A stretch of DNA of 64,000 nt, taken from the NCBI GenBank assembly GCA_945873625.1, contig CAMCDS010000002.1:21354-85353 (forward strand). Direction: 5' to 3'. The position numbers and the translations under genes are program-made. A model generated the notes under the pieces. That model did no database searches, was not told where the DNA came from, and saw nothing but the letters and a program-made list of their open reading frames with translations. Origin of the DNA: an uncultured Porphyromonadaceae bacterium (lineage in GTDB: Bacteria > Bacteroidota > Bacteroidia > Bacteroidales > Muribaculaceae). Shown here one piece after another: positions 38,590-48,162 of the stretch. The stretch's first letter is position 1; each line of letters starts with the position of its first letter.

Positions 38590-39645
38590 CTATGCATCGT
38601 TTTCTGACCGTGTAAACGCATTCCACCCCTGCGCTTTTATCGGCAGCTCCACACCGTCGCGGCTCACAAGCGCTGCTCCGAGTTCTGGCTTCGTTACATA
38701 GCCTATCATCTTCACGCCTTCGAGCTTCTCCACCTTTTCCTTGTCGGCGAGAGGCACGGTGAACAGCAGCTCATAGTCTTCTCCGCCATTCATTGCGGCG
38801 GTAACAAGATTCATGTTGAGCTCCTCGGCCATGCACGCCGTCTGGTAGTCGATGGGTATGCGGTCTTCGTAGACGCGGCACCCCACTCCGGAATTACGGC
38901 AGATGTGAAGGAGTTCGGACGAGAGTCCGTCGCTCACGTCCATCATCGATGTAGGGTGAATACCGGCTTTGCGCAGTTCCTCCACTATATCCTTGCGCGC
39001 CTCAGGTTTGAGCTGGCGCTCGAGTATGTATTCCTTCCCGGCGAAGTCAGGGGTGAAATCCTTGCCGCTTTGGGCGGCTACCCGGTTCTCGCGCTCAAGG
39101 AGCTGCAGTCCCATATATGCGGCTCCGAGGTCGCCGCTCACGCAGATGAGGTCAGTCTCTTTGGCACCGGTGCGATAGACGATGTCTTCCTTATCGGCCT
39201 CTCCGAGGCACGTGATGCTTATGACAAGGCCTGTAACCGACGCACTCGTATCGCCGCCTACGAGGTCAACGCCGTAAGCCTCGCAAGCCAGGCGTATTCC
39301 GGCATAGAGCTCTTCGATATGCTCTACCGTGAAACGCGATGATACTCCGAGCGATACGGTAATCTGTCTCGGCGTGCCGTTCATGGCGTAGACATCGCTG
39401 AAATTCACAATAGCCGATTTATAGCCGAGATGCTTGAGAGGCACGTACCTGAGGTCGAAATGGATACCTTCGAGCAACAGGTCGGTTGTTACGAGCACTT
39501 CTTTGCCGCCGAATGAGAGCACGGCTGCATCGTCGCCCACACCCTTGACGGTCTGGGGATTGCGGAGAGGAAAATCTTTTGTCAGACGCTCTATGAGGCC
39601 AAATTCGCCGAGAGCCGATATTTCTGTTTGTTTCTCCTGAGACAT
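38590..39645 (-). CDS. thiL: Thiamine-monophosphate kinase
   Basis: GEFGLI, GVGDDAAV, EGIHFD, NFSDVYAMNG, GGDT, MMDVSDGLSSEL, GGEDYELLFT. Confidence 0.96.
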   Translation of the reverse strand: MSQEKQTEISALGEFGLIERLTKDFPLRNPQTVKGVGDDAAVLSFGGKEVLVTTDLLLEGIHFDLRYVPLKHLGYKSAIVNFSDVYAMNGTPRQITVSLGVSSRFTVEHIEELYAGIRLACEAYGVDLVGGDTSASVTGLVISITCLGEADKEDIVYRTGAKETDLICVSGDLGAAYMGLQLLERENRVAAQSGKDFTPDFAGKEYILERQLKPEARKDIVEELRKAGIHPTSMMDVSDGLSSELLHICRNSGVGCRVYEDRIPIDYQTACMAEELNMNLVTAAMNGGEDYELLFTVPLADKEKVEKLEGVKMIGYVTKPELGAALVSRDGVELPIKAQGWNAFTRSENDA

Positions 39646-39692
39646 ATATAGCTTTGAAATGGCGGTGAAACCGGGAGATTAAAAAAACTCCA

Positions 39693-39721
39693 AAGAGCCT
39701 TCCGCTTGGCGGAAGGCTCTT
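39693..39721 (-). terminator. Terminator-like hairpin after punA
   Basis: AAGAGCCTTCCGC-TTG-GCGGAAGGCTCTT; on - followed by TGGAGTTTTTTT. Confidence 0.7.
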
Positions 39722-39739
39722 CGGGAATAGCTTTTAGGG

Positions 39740-40564
39740 TCAGATGCGTTCGAGCATCTTCTTGATGACGTGGGTCATTACGGGCTGGGCCTTTACGGCA
39801 GCCTGCTGCACCTCTTCGTGCGACGGCACCTCGTGGATGTCCTTGCCACCGAGGTCGGTGATTACAGAGACGCCAAACACCTTCATGCCCGCATGGTTGG
39901 CGACAATCACCTCGGGCACGGTCGACATGCCTACGGCATCGCCTCCGATGATGCGGAAATACTCATATTCGGCAGGAGTCTCGAAAGTCGGGCCGGGGGT
40001 GCCTACATATACACCGTGCATAAGACGGATGCCGTCCTCACGCGCGATGGCGTCGGCCATATCCACCATGGCATGGCTGTATGCTTCCGTCATGGCCGGG
40101 AAACGCGGGCCGAGTTCATCGTAGTTCTTGCCACGGAGAGGATTTTCGGGGAAGAGGTTGATGTGGTCGGTGATTATCATGACGTCGCCCACCACGAAAT
40201 CCTTGTTCATTCCGCCGGCGGCGTTGCTGACGAAAAGCGTCTCGACGCCAATCTCCTTGAACACGCGCACAGGGAATGTAACCTGCTTCATGTCGTAACC
40301 CTCGTAATAGTGGAAACGTCCCTGCATGGCTACGATGAACTTGCCTCCGAGGTTGCCGAAGATAAGTTTGCCGCTGTGTCCGGCCACGGTCGACACCGGG
40401 AAGTTGGGTATCTCGGCGTAGGGAATCTCTTTCTTGATTTCGATATGGTTCACGAGGTCGCCCAGTCCTGTGCCGAGGATGACGGCTATCTTCGGCATCT
40501 CTTCGCTCTGATGGCGGATAAACTCGGCGGTCTCTTTAATCTTGTCTATCATTGTCTTTTCCAT
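39740..40564 (-). CDS. punA: Purine-nucleoside phosphorylase (trimeric type)
   Basis: ILGTGLG, STVAGHSG, QGRFHYYEGY, SNAAGG, GPTFETPAE, VGMSTVPE. Confidence 0.95.
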   Translation of the reverse strand: MEKTMIDKIKETAEFIRHQSEEMPKIAVILGTGLGDLVNHIEIKKEIPYAEIPNFPVSTVAGHSGKLIFGNLGGKFIVAMQGRFHYYEGYDMKQVTFPVRVFKEIGVETLFVSNAAGGMNKDFVVGDVMIITDHINLFPENPLRGKNYDELGPRFPAMTEAYSHAMVDMADAIAREDGIRLMHGVYVGTPGPTFETPAEYEYFRIIGGDAVGMSTVPEVIVANHAGMKVFGVSVITDLGGKDIHEVPSHEEVQQAAVKAQPVMTHVIKKMLERI

Positions 40565-40720
40565 GGATAATATGGGTTATTGTGTAATTTCCTCTGTTTG
40601 TCAGGTGCAGGGTCAATACAGCCGTGGTTTTCGGGCGGCTGTCTGACACAGACCATCGCAATAATAACAATCTAAACCCCCATTGGGTTGTGTCTGAGCC
40701 TAAATAGAATCCCTTTCCGC

Positions 40721-41866
40721 TCAGTCTGCGGTCTCCTCAGAGGCATGCGCGGAATCCGGTTTCTGCACCGGAGCAACACCGGGTGTTCTGAGCGATGAGC
40801 GTATGTCGGCCACAAGGTCATTGTTTCTGATACCTCCTTCCACCATCACGGAGATAGGCTGATAGAAGACCAGGGGCTTGAGTCTGTCGGGGAAATATGG
40901 ATTGAACGAAAGCCGCATCGCGTCCTTTTCGGTAGTGATGATAATCTTCCTCTCGCCAGCCATCTCGTCAAACTTCTTTTCGATATCGAGCAGGTCGGTC
41001 CTCGAGAAGTCGTGATGGTCGGGATAATGACACACCTTCACCTTAACAGAATAAGGGGAGAAATGACGCACGAAATATCTCGGCTGGGCTATTCCCGTGA
41101 GAAGAAGCACGGAGTCGCGCTCCGAGAAGTCGGCCAGGTCGGCGTAATAGGGCGAATCGTCGGGGAAGACGGGTTCGAGAGCCTCATACCGGTAGCGCGA
41201 GAAGTAAAGCTTCTGGAAGGCCATGAGCTCGAGTTTCTTGGCTATCAGACGGTAATCGAGGGGCTGCATCTGCTCCTTGCATTTGGTAACGATTACCATG
41301 TCGGCCCTGCCCATGGCGTGGCTGCTCTCGCGCAGACGGCCGAGGGGGAGCAGATGGTCGTTCCATACAGGACGGTTGAAGTCGATGAGCAGTATCGACA
41401 CCCTGGGCTTGACGTATCTGTGCTGAAACGAATCGTCGAGCACTATGAGGTCAAGTTCCGGATGCAGACTTTGCAGTTCGCGTATCCCCTTGGCTCGTTT
41501 CTCGCATACGGCCACCTTTACCTTTCCTCCGAACTTGTGCCATATCTGATAAGGCTCGTCGCCTATGGCGTCGGGCGACGACTTTGAGTTGGCGAGGATG
41601 AATCCTTTGGTTTTGCGTTTATAACCTCTCGACAGCACCGCGATGTTGTAGATGCCGGCGAGATGCGACACGATGTATTCGACGTGAGGAGTCTTTCCCG
41701 TTCCACCGACCGTGATGTTGCCTACTCCAATTACCGGAATGTCAAACTCCTCTTCCTTTAGAATATGGGCGTCGAAGAGTTTGTTGCGTATGAAGACGGC
41801 GGCTCCGTAAAGCCACGACAATGGTGTAAGCAGATATGTCAGCAGTCGGTCGGTTGTTGTCTTCAT
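40721..41866 (-). CDS. lpxK: Tetraacyldisaccharide 4'-kinase
   Basis: VGNITVGGTGKTP, LSRGYKR, GDEP, LDDSFQHR, LLPLGRLRE, PDHHDF, TTEKDA. Confidence 0.96.
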   Translation of the reverse strand: MKTTTDRLLTYLLTPLSWLYGAAVFIRNKLFDAHILKEEEFDIPVIGVGNITVGGTGKTPHVEYIVSHLAGIYNIAVLSRGYKRKTKGFILANSKSSPDAIGDEPYQIWHKFGGKVKVAVCEKRAKGIRELQSLHPELDLIVLDDSFQHRYVKPRVSILLIDFNRPVWNDHLLPLGRLRESSHAMGRADMVIVTKCKEQMQPLDYRLIAKKLELMAFQKLYFSRYRYEALEPVFPDDSPYYADLADFSERDSVLLLTGIAQPRYFVRHFSPYSVKVKVCHYPDHHDFSRTDLLDIEKKFDEMAGERKIIITTEKDAMRLSFNPYFPDRLKPLVFYQPISVMVEGGIRNNDLVADIRSSLRTPGVAPVQKPDSAHASEETAD

Positions 41867-41934
41867 CTGGCAGTTGAAGCTATCTATCCTCGGGGATGGT
41901 TAATAGTCGGGTTGATTTATACGTGTCTTACTCT

Positions 41935-43734
41935 CTATCTGCGGGTGATACAGAGGTCGAGGGGAATCATGCGCGCCTGCACCGGACGGCGGCGTATCAC
42001 CTCCACCGCATGGGCGGCGATGTCGGGGTCCATACCGGGCGTTATCGCTTTGGTTACCATTTCGGAAATGCGTGCCGAAGCGGCGGTCGGGAGCATGCTC
42101 CATATATTGTCGTCGCCTTTCGGATAAAGCGCAACGTCGTAGTTCTCTCCGAGCTTGGCCTGGCGGGCAGCCCACTTTATGGCCTCTTCGAGACCGCCGA
42201 ACTCGTCTACAAGCCCGATGCGTTTGGCCGTGGTGCCGTCCCACACGCGTCCTTCAGCTATCGTCCTCACCTTTGACTCCGACATTCTGCGGCCCTTGGC
42301 CACACGTTTCACGAAGCGGTCGTAGCCTCTTTCGACGTAGCTCTGCATCACCTGATATTGCTCGGGAGTCATGGGCTTGAAGAGGGTCGGGAAGTCGGCG
42401 GAAGGATTGGTGGAGACGGTCTGCATGCTGACGCCGAGCTTGTCCGCGAGGCCGCTTACCTCCGGAATGAGTCCGAATATACCTATCGAGCCGGTGATGG
42501 TCATGGGGTCGGCGAAGATTCGCTCTGCATCACACGATATCCAGTATCCGCCCGATGCGGCATAATCACCCATCGAGACGGCAAAGGTCTTTTTCTTGCT
42601 CTTGAAATATTGAAGAGCCTCGGCTATCTCGGCGCTGCCGAACACCGAGCCACCCGGAGAATTGACCCTGAGCACGAGCGCTTTCACGTTGTCGTCGTCA
42701 GCGAGTTTTACTATTTCGGGCACAAGCTTGAAGCAATTGATGCCTGATTCGCTTCCTTCGGAGATTTCGCCTGTGGCATAGAGCACCGCCACCTGATTCT
42801 TGTCGGTGTAGGCCTGTCCCCAGTCGGTCTGGGACGACAGCAGGGTCGGATTGACGAAGTTAACCTTCTCCGGGTCGTCCTTACCTACGAGGCGTGCGAG
42901 CGACTCCTTGATGTTGCGGTTGTATATCAGACGGTCTACGAATCTGAAGTCTACGGCTTTCTGAGGACTCGCAAAGGAGATGTTGGAATCGACAGCGCGG
43001 TCGATGTCCGACGCCTGTATGCCGCGCGACTGCGCTATCCCGCTCTTGATATGATTCCAGACGTTGCCATAGAGGGTGTCGAGCTGCGCACGCGCAGGCT
43101 CGCTCATCTCATTCATTATATAAGGCTCGACGGCCGACTTGAACGTACCGACCTTCACCACCTGGAAGCTGACACCGAGCTTATCGAAAAACCCTTTCAT
43201 ATAGGGCACCGACGAAGATATGCCCTGAAGTCTCATCGATCCTTCGGGATTCATGAACAGACTGTCGGCGCACGAAGCCACATAATACGTTCCGGCTGTA
43301 TACGCATCGCCGTAGGCATAAACCTTCTTGCCCGACTTCTGGAAATCAATAAGCGCGTTGCGTATGGCGTCGAGAGTGGCAAATCCGGCGCTTACGCCTC
43401 CACATTCAAGATAGACGGCGTCGATGTTATTGTTTTCCTTCGCTTCTTCAAGCGCGGTAACGATGGTAGAGAGCGACTGGGCCTGGTCGAGGTCGCCTTG
43501 AATGAGTTTGAAGTAATTGAGGTCGAATTTTGGCGACCTCTCATCGATTACTCCAGTGAGCGACACTTTCAGAATACTATGCTTCTCAAGCTTTTCGGCC
43601 TCTGAAGCGGCCGACAGCCCGACGCGGGCTATCATGCCTACCAGGACGAAGAAGAGAAGCACGCCGAATCCGAGAAGCGCGATCCAGGCTCCGACAAATG
43701 AGGAAAGGAGATTCCAGAAAAATTTTTTTAACAT
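41935..43734 (-). CDS. sppA: Signal peptide peptidase SppA (long form)
   Basis: KVGTFKSAVEP, LRVNSPGGS, SMGDYAASGGYWIS, TITGSIGIFG, AEGRVWDG. Confidence 0.95.
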   Translation of the reverse strand: MLKKFFWNLLSSFVGAWIALLGFGVLLFFVLVGMIARVGLSAASEAEKLEKHSILKVSLTGVIDERSPKFDLNYFKLIQGDLDQAQSLSTIVTALEEAKENNNIDAVYLECGGVSAGFATLDAIRNALIDFQKSGKKVYAYGDAYTAGTYYVASCADSLFMNPEGSMRLQGISSSVPYMKGFFDKLGVSFQVVKVGTFKSAVEPYIMNEMSEPARAQLDTLYGNVWNHIKSGIAQSRGIQASDIDRAVDSNISFASPQKAVDFRFVDRLIYNRNIKESLARLVGKDDPEKVNFVNPTLLSSQTDWGQAYTDKNQVAVLYATGEISEGSESGINCFKLVPEIVKLADDDNVKALVLRVNSPGGSVFGSAEIAEALQYFKSKKKTFAVSMGDYAASGGYWISCDAERIFADPMTITGSIGIFGLIPEVSGLADKLGVSMQTVSTNPSADFPTLFKPMTPEQYQVMQSYVERGYDRFVKRVAKGRRMSESKVRTIAEGRVWDGTTAKRIGLVDEFGGLEEAIKWAARQAKLGENYDVALYPKGDDNIWSMLPTAASARISEMVTKAITPGMDPDIAAHAVEVIRRRPVQARMIPLDLCITRR

Positions 43735-43748
43735 AGCTCAGTCAGAGT

Positions 43749-45140
43749 TCACTTGTCAGCAGTCTGTTCCATCACTTTGCGCACTTCGGCGGCAAGTCTG
43801 CGGGCCTCCTCCATCGTAGCGGCCTCGCTGTAAATGCGGATAATCGGCTCGGTGTTCGACTTGCGGAGATGCACCCACGAATCGGGAAAGTCGATTTTCA
43901 CGCCGTCGATGTCGGTTATCTTCTCCGACGAATAGCGTTCTTTCATCGCTTCGAGAATGGCGTCAACATCTGTCGAAGGCGTAAGCTCGACCTTATCTTT
44001 GGCTATGGCATACTGAGGATACTTCTTTTTCAGCTCGCTCACCTTGAGGCCGCTTTCGGCCAGCAGGGTGAGGAAAAGAGCCACTCCTACAAGGGCGTCG
44101 CGGCCATAGTGGAGCTCGGGATAGATTACTCCGCCGTTGCCCTCTCCGCCTATCACGGCGCCTGTGCGCTTCATCTGCTCCACTACATTCACCTCGCCTA
44201 CTGCCGCAGCCGTGTAGGTACATCCGTGGGCTTCGGTTACGTCTCTGAGCGCACGGGAGCTGCTGAGGTTAGACACAGTGGAGCCGGGGGTGTGGCGTAG
44301 CACATAGTCTGCCACTGCCACAAGCGTATATTCCTCTACAAACATCTCGCCGTTTTCCATCACGATGGCGAGACGGTCAACATCGGGATCCACCACGAAG
44401 CCTACATCAGCCACGCCGCCTGCCATAAGGTCCGAAATCTGAGTAAGATTCTCGGGAATAGGCTCGGGAGTGTGGGCAAATCGGCCGTTGGCCTCGCAGT
44501 TAAGCTCAATCACGTTCTTCACGCCGAGGGCGCGCAGAAGGCGCGGGATAACGATTCCGCCTACCGAATTGACAGCGTCGACAGCCACCGTGAATCCGGC
44601 TTTGGCAATCGCTTCGCAATCCACGAGCGGGAGGTTTTTCACCATGTCGATATGAAGGTCGGTGAGCGTGTCGTCTTTCAATTCGCTCCCGAGATCATCT
44701 ACCGTAGCGAAAGTGAAATCCTCTTCAGCCGCCCTGCGGAGCACCTCCTTACCCTCCTTGTCGCTCAGGAACTCGCCACGCTCGTTGAGGAGCTTGAGTG
44801 CGTTCCACTGCGCGGGGTTATGGCTTGCGGTGAGGATGATGCCGCCAGCAGCCTTATGGCTGACAACGGCTATCTCGGTGGTGGGCGTAGTGGCAAGGCC
44901 TATGTTGACTACGTCGAAGCCCATCGACATGAGGGTGCCGCATACGAGACGGTCGACCATCGCGCCCGACAGACGCGCGTCGCGTCCCACTACGATAAGG
45001 CGCTTCTTATCGCCGAGCGTGCTCTCGATAAATGCTGCGTAGGCAGCGGTAAACTTCACTATATCCACACCGCTGAGGCCTTCGCCTGTGCGGCCTCCGA
45101 TGGTTCCTCTGATTCCTGATATTGACTTGATTAATGACAT
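43749..45140 (-). CDS. glmM: Phosphoglucosamine mutase (alpha-D-phosphohexomutase family)
   Basis: SISGIRG, GRDAR, TASHNP (catalytic Ser), DPDVDR, GGEGNGG, RKSNTEPIIR. Confidence 0.9.
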   Translation of the reverse strand: MSLIKSISGIRGTIGGRTGEGLSGVDIVKFTAAYAAFIESTLGDKKRLIVVGRDARLSGAMVDRLVCGTLMSMGFDVVNIGLATTPTTEIAVVSHKAAGGIILTASHNPAQWNALKLLNERGEFLSDKEGKEVLRRAAEEDFTFATVDDLGSELKDDTLTDLHIDMVKNLPLVDCEAIAKAGFTVAVDAVNSVGGIVIPRLLRALGVKNVIELNCEANGRFAHTPEPIPENLTQISDLMAGGVADVGFVVDPDVDRLAIVMENGEMFVEEYTLVAVADYVLRHTPGSTVSNLSSSRALRDVTEAHGCTYTAAAVGEVNVVEQMKRTGAVIGGEGNGGVIYPELHYGRDALVGVALFLTLLAESGLKVSELKKKYPQYAIAKDKVELTPSTDVDAILEAMKERYSSEKITDIDGVKIDFPDSWVHLRKSNTEPIIRIYSEAATMEEARRLAAEVRKVMEQTADK

Positions 45141-45170
45141 GATAGTTATAAGCTATGAAAAAGTGATGCG

Positions 45171-45734
45171 TCAATACTCCGCCTTGAAGTATTTGACATT
45201 CATAAGATAGGGTATGCACTCCGACTGGGTTTCCGGGAAACCGTAGTATGAGCGGAGCACGAGGTTCACCTCGCTGTAGTTGCCCACAAACTGGAGAGGC
45301 ATCTGGATTCCGCTACCATAATTTGACGCGCCGGAAAGCGAAGTGTTGCCATAGACGAAGCTTGTGGCCACTCCTCCATTTGCGTTTCCGCCGGGGCTTA
45401 GCGAAGGATTTTCCTTCAGCTGCTCGATATCCCAGCTCTTGAAACGGAAATAGACCACGTCGCCCGCTTTGATCATCTGCGAGGTATCGCCGAGCTCCAC
45501 CACCTGCATATAGACGTAGCCGTCGTTGTCGAGCCGATAGTAGGGTGCGTCGGGGCCGGTCTCCAACACGCTGTCAGCCGGAACAGATGTTACTACCCGC
45601 TGGCCGGAGAGGTACCAGTTGGTGGCCCTTTCCTCTTCGCGGAGCAGCTCCGAGTAGCTTTTACCCTTGCTGCATCCCCCTGCGAGGCCGACAAGAGCCA
45701 GTGCCATGACCGGAATTATTGAGCTGTATTTCAT
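45171..45734 (-). CDS. DUF4827-like lipoprotein
   Basis: Lipobox LAGG-C, SYSELLREE, YMQVVELG, GIQMPLQFVG..SEVNLVL; sits in the conserved DHH-DUF4827-glmM order. Confidence 0.75.
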   Translation of the reverse strand: MKYSSIIPVMALALVGLAGGCSKGKSYSELLREEERATNWYLSGQRVVTSVPADSVLETGPDAPYYRLDNDGYVYMQVVELGDTSQMIKAGDVVYFRFKSWDIEQLKENPSLSPGGNANGGVATSFVYGNTSLSGASNYGSGIQMPLQFVGNYSEVNLVLRSYYGFPETQSECIPYLMNVKYFKAEY

Positions 45735-45773
45735 ATTGTTGATTATGCCTTCTTGATTTAAAACTGAGATTGG

Positions 45774-46820
45774 TTAAATGTGTCCGGAAGAGTTCGGACG
45801 AATCCACTCGTCGTATCTGTCCATGTTGTCCACGAGTAGACGACGGCACTCCTCGAGTGTGCCGTGAAATTCACCTCCGGCCGCCATGCGGTGGCCTCCG
45901 CCGCCGTACAGCTCCTCGCATATCGAGCTTACAGGGAAGGAGTTGATGCTTCGCGCCGACACCTTGATGCAGTCGTCGTCTTCACGAAGGAAGAAGCTAT
46001 ACACGATGCCGTCGACCGAAAGAGGGATGTTGACAAGGCCCTCAGTGTCGCCCCGCTGATAATTGAACTGTTCAAGATCACTTTTATCGAGCGTCATTAT
46101 GGCGGCATGGTGGCGCTCGAAGATTTCAAGCTTACGGTCGAGTGCATACACCTGCAGCCGCAGGCAGTCGAGCGACTTAAGCTCAAGGGCGAGTCTTACT
46201 ATCCTCGGCTTGTCCACACCCTTTTCAAGCAGCTTTATCAGCACCTGATATATCTCGGGGTCCGAACAGTTGACTGAGAAATTCCTCGTGTCGGTAATCA
46301 GACCTGTGGTGAGACATGTGGCTGCATCGAGGTCGAGGTCCTGATACATCCGCATCTCGCATATAATCCTGAAAACAAGTTCGCTTGCCGACGACATCTC
46401 GGGACACGAAAACGTAACGTCAGCAAAATTGCCCGGATCCTGATGATGGTCAATCAGCACCTTGGGGCACAGAGCGGCCGCAACCACCGGCTCCATCGCA
46501 TCGAGACGCGAAAGCCTGTTGAAATCGCAGCATATTATGAGGTCGGCCTCCCCTACCAGCTTGGCCGCGAATTCCGGATATCTGGAATAGGCCACTATAT
46601 CCTTGCATCCCGGCAGAAAGAGCAGGGTGCGCGGAGGAAGGTCGGGGGTAACCACCGTCGCTTCCTTTCCGAGCGAACGAAGCAGATGGGCGAATCCGAG
46701 AGTGCTGCCTATCGCATCGCCGTCGGGACGGACATGACAGGTAAGCACGATGCGCGACGACTCGCTGATGAGCCGTCCGAATTTATGTACAGGTTCTGTT
46801 CCGAATTTTTTGGATAACAT
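45774..46820 (-). CDS. DHH/DHHA1 phosphoesterase (NrnA-like oligoribonuclease/pAp phosphatase)
   Basis: HVRPDGDAIGS, CDFN, IDHH, ITDT, GGGHRMAAG; start set at ATG 46820. Confidence 0.92.
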   Translation of the reverse strand: MLSKKFGTEPVHKFGRLISESSRIVLTCHVRPDGDAIGSTLGFAHLLRSLGKEATVVTPDLPPRTLLFLPGCKDIVAYSRYPEFAAKLVGEADLIICCDFNRLSRLDAMEPVVAAALCPKVLIDHHQDPGNFADVTFSCPEMSSASELVFRIICEMRMYQDLDLDAATCLTTGLITDTRNFSVNCSDPEIYQVLIKLLEKGVDKPRIVRLALELKSLDCLRLQVYALDRKLEIFERHHAAIMTLDKSDLEQFNYQRGDTEGLVNIPLSVDGIVYSFFLREDDDCIKVSARSINSFPVSSICEELYGGGGHRMAAGGEFHGTLEECRRLLVDNMDRYDEWIRPNSSGHI

Positions 46821-46938
46821 ACAAACTACTGACAATCAACACTCCCCGAAGACGTATGACGCCTTCAGAAGAGCATCCGCCGGATGATTTGGCCCTTGCG
46901 CGGGGCTAAGGCTTATCCGGTCTTTCGATTTCAACCGA

Positions 46939-46967
46939 CAAAGATAGTCAAAATATTCGTAATTTCG
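46939..46967. promoter_or_regulatory. Divergent promoters: TATCTTTG on - (46939-46946) and TAATTTCG on + (46960-46967)
   Basis: Exact and near -7 consensus matches between the divergent DHH and DUF2156-like genes. Confidence 0.5.
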
Positions 46968-47088
46968 GCTCATCGCGACTTAAAATCTCCGATTTTTTTA
47001 CTCCGGCGGCGAAGCGGGCGACAAATCAGAAGTTGAATATATGAACCAACACACTTCGTGCGTTGTAATATCTGAAAAGAAAAAAAAC

Positions 47089-48090
47089 ATGGAATCCACA
47101 CCCTTCGCTATATGTAATCCCGGCGTTTCGTGCAAAGTTGAGCATAGCTTCAGGCGACGTTCATCCGCACCCTGCGTCAACCACAATACATCGCCGCTGA
47201 CGTTCAAGACGATACGACAATCAGACATGAAGCTGATCTTCCCCTATCTCTGTCTCGAAAAGGGGCGCACCACGGATTTCAGCTACGGCGGCCTGTTGAT
47301 GTGGGTCGATTATTTCAGATATGAATACTGCATCTATCGCGACACGCTATTTATCAAGGGCGTAACGGAAGACGACACCTCGCTCCCGGCTTTCTCGCTT
47401 CCCGTAGGGGCTCTTCCACTCGATGAGTCGGTAGACCTGATAAAGCGATATTGCCACCGGCATGGTATCCGTCCGGAGTTCTCGGCGGTGCCCGAGCATG
47501 CGGTGGAGGCCTTCGCCTCACTCTTCCCTAAAAGCATATTGCCTCTTGAAGACTGGGGCGACTACCTATATAATATAGAACCTATGACCACGCTTGCCGG
47601 GAAGAAAATGAGCAAGAAGCGCAATCACGTCAACCGCTTCATGGCCGAGAATCCGGATGCCGAGACTGTAGACCTCACGGCTGACAATGTCGACGAAGTG
47701 ATGGATTTCATGGATGTCTACGACAGCGAGGCAGATGGCGCACCTATGGAGATAGCCGAGAGCCGACTCACCCGACGGATGCTCTCCCTCATCAAGGAGG
47801 GCGACACGCACCTTGAGGGAGTGATACTCAGGGCAGGAGGCCGCACGGCCGGGTTTTCGGTAGGCGACATAAAGGGCGACACTCTCTTTGTTCACATTGA
47901 GAAAGCCACCCGCACGCTGACAGGCAGCTATGAGACCGTGGCAAGGGCTTTTGCCGTCCGTATGTCGGAAAAGCATCCCGAACTCTGTTTCGTGAACCGT
48001 GAGGATGACGGAGGCGACGAAGGACTGCGCAAATCTAAACTCTCATACCATCCTGTCGAGGTGCTGAAAAAATTTAATATCATTTTTTAG
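47089..48090 (+). CDS. DUF2156-like / aminoacyl-phosphatidylglycerol-synthase C-terminal (GNAT-like) domain protein
   Basis: DFSYGGLLMW, DYLY, AGKKMSKKRNHVNRF, FVHIEKA, NREDDGGDEGLRKSKLSYHP; start set at ATG 47089. Confidence 0.8.
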   Translation: MESTPFAICNPGVSCKVEHSFRRRSSAPCVNHNTSPLTFKTIRQSDMKLIFPYLCLEKGRTTDFSYGGLLMWVDYFRYEYCIYRDTLFIKGVTEDDTSLPAFSLPVGALPLDESVDLIKRYCHRHGIRPEFSAVPEHAVEAFASLFPKSILPLEDWGDYLYNIEPMTTLAGKKMSKKRNHVNRFMAENPDAETVDLTADNVDEVMDFMDVYDSEADGAPMEIAESRLTRRMLSLIKEGDTHLEGVILRAGGRTAGFSVGDIKGDTLFVHIEKATRTLTGSYETVARAFAVRMSEKHPELCFVNREDDGGDEGLRKSKLSYHPVEVLKKFNIIF

Positions 48091-48097
48091 ACGATTT

Positions 48098-48131
48098 TTT
48101 GCATTTCTATCGGCATAATTGTCTATCTTTG
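48098..48131 (+). promoter_or_regulatory. Promoter TTTG-N22-TATCTTTG for the GT2-pyrC-helicase genes
   Basis: Exact -7 at 48124-48131; TTTG at 48098-48101. Confidence 0.55.
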
Positions 48132-48162
48132 CACTATGGTGTGAGCATACACCGGCAATACT

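Noticed and set aside
47075-47088. A-rich run before the DUF2156-like start codon as a phase-variable tract
   Set aside because: It is a short A-run in the translation initiation region, typical of Bacteroidota that lack Shine-Dalgarno sites. It is not inside the CDS if the start is 47089.
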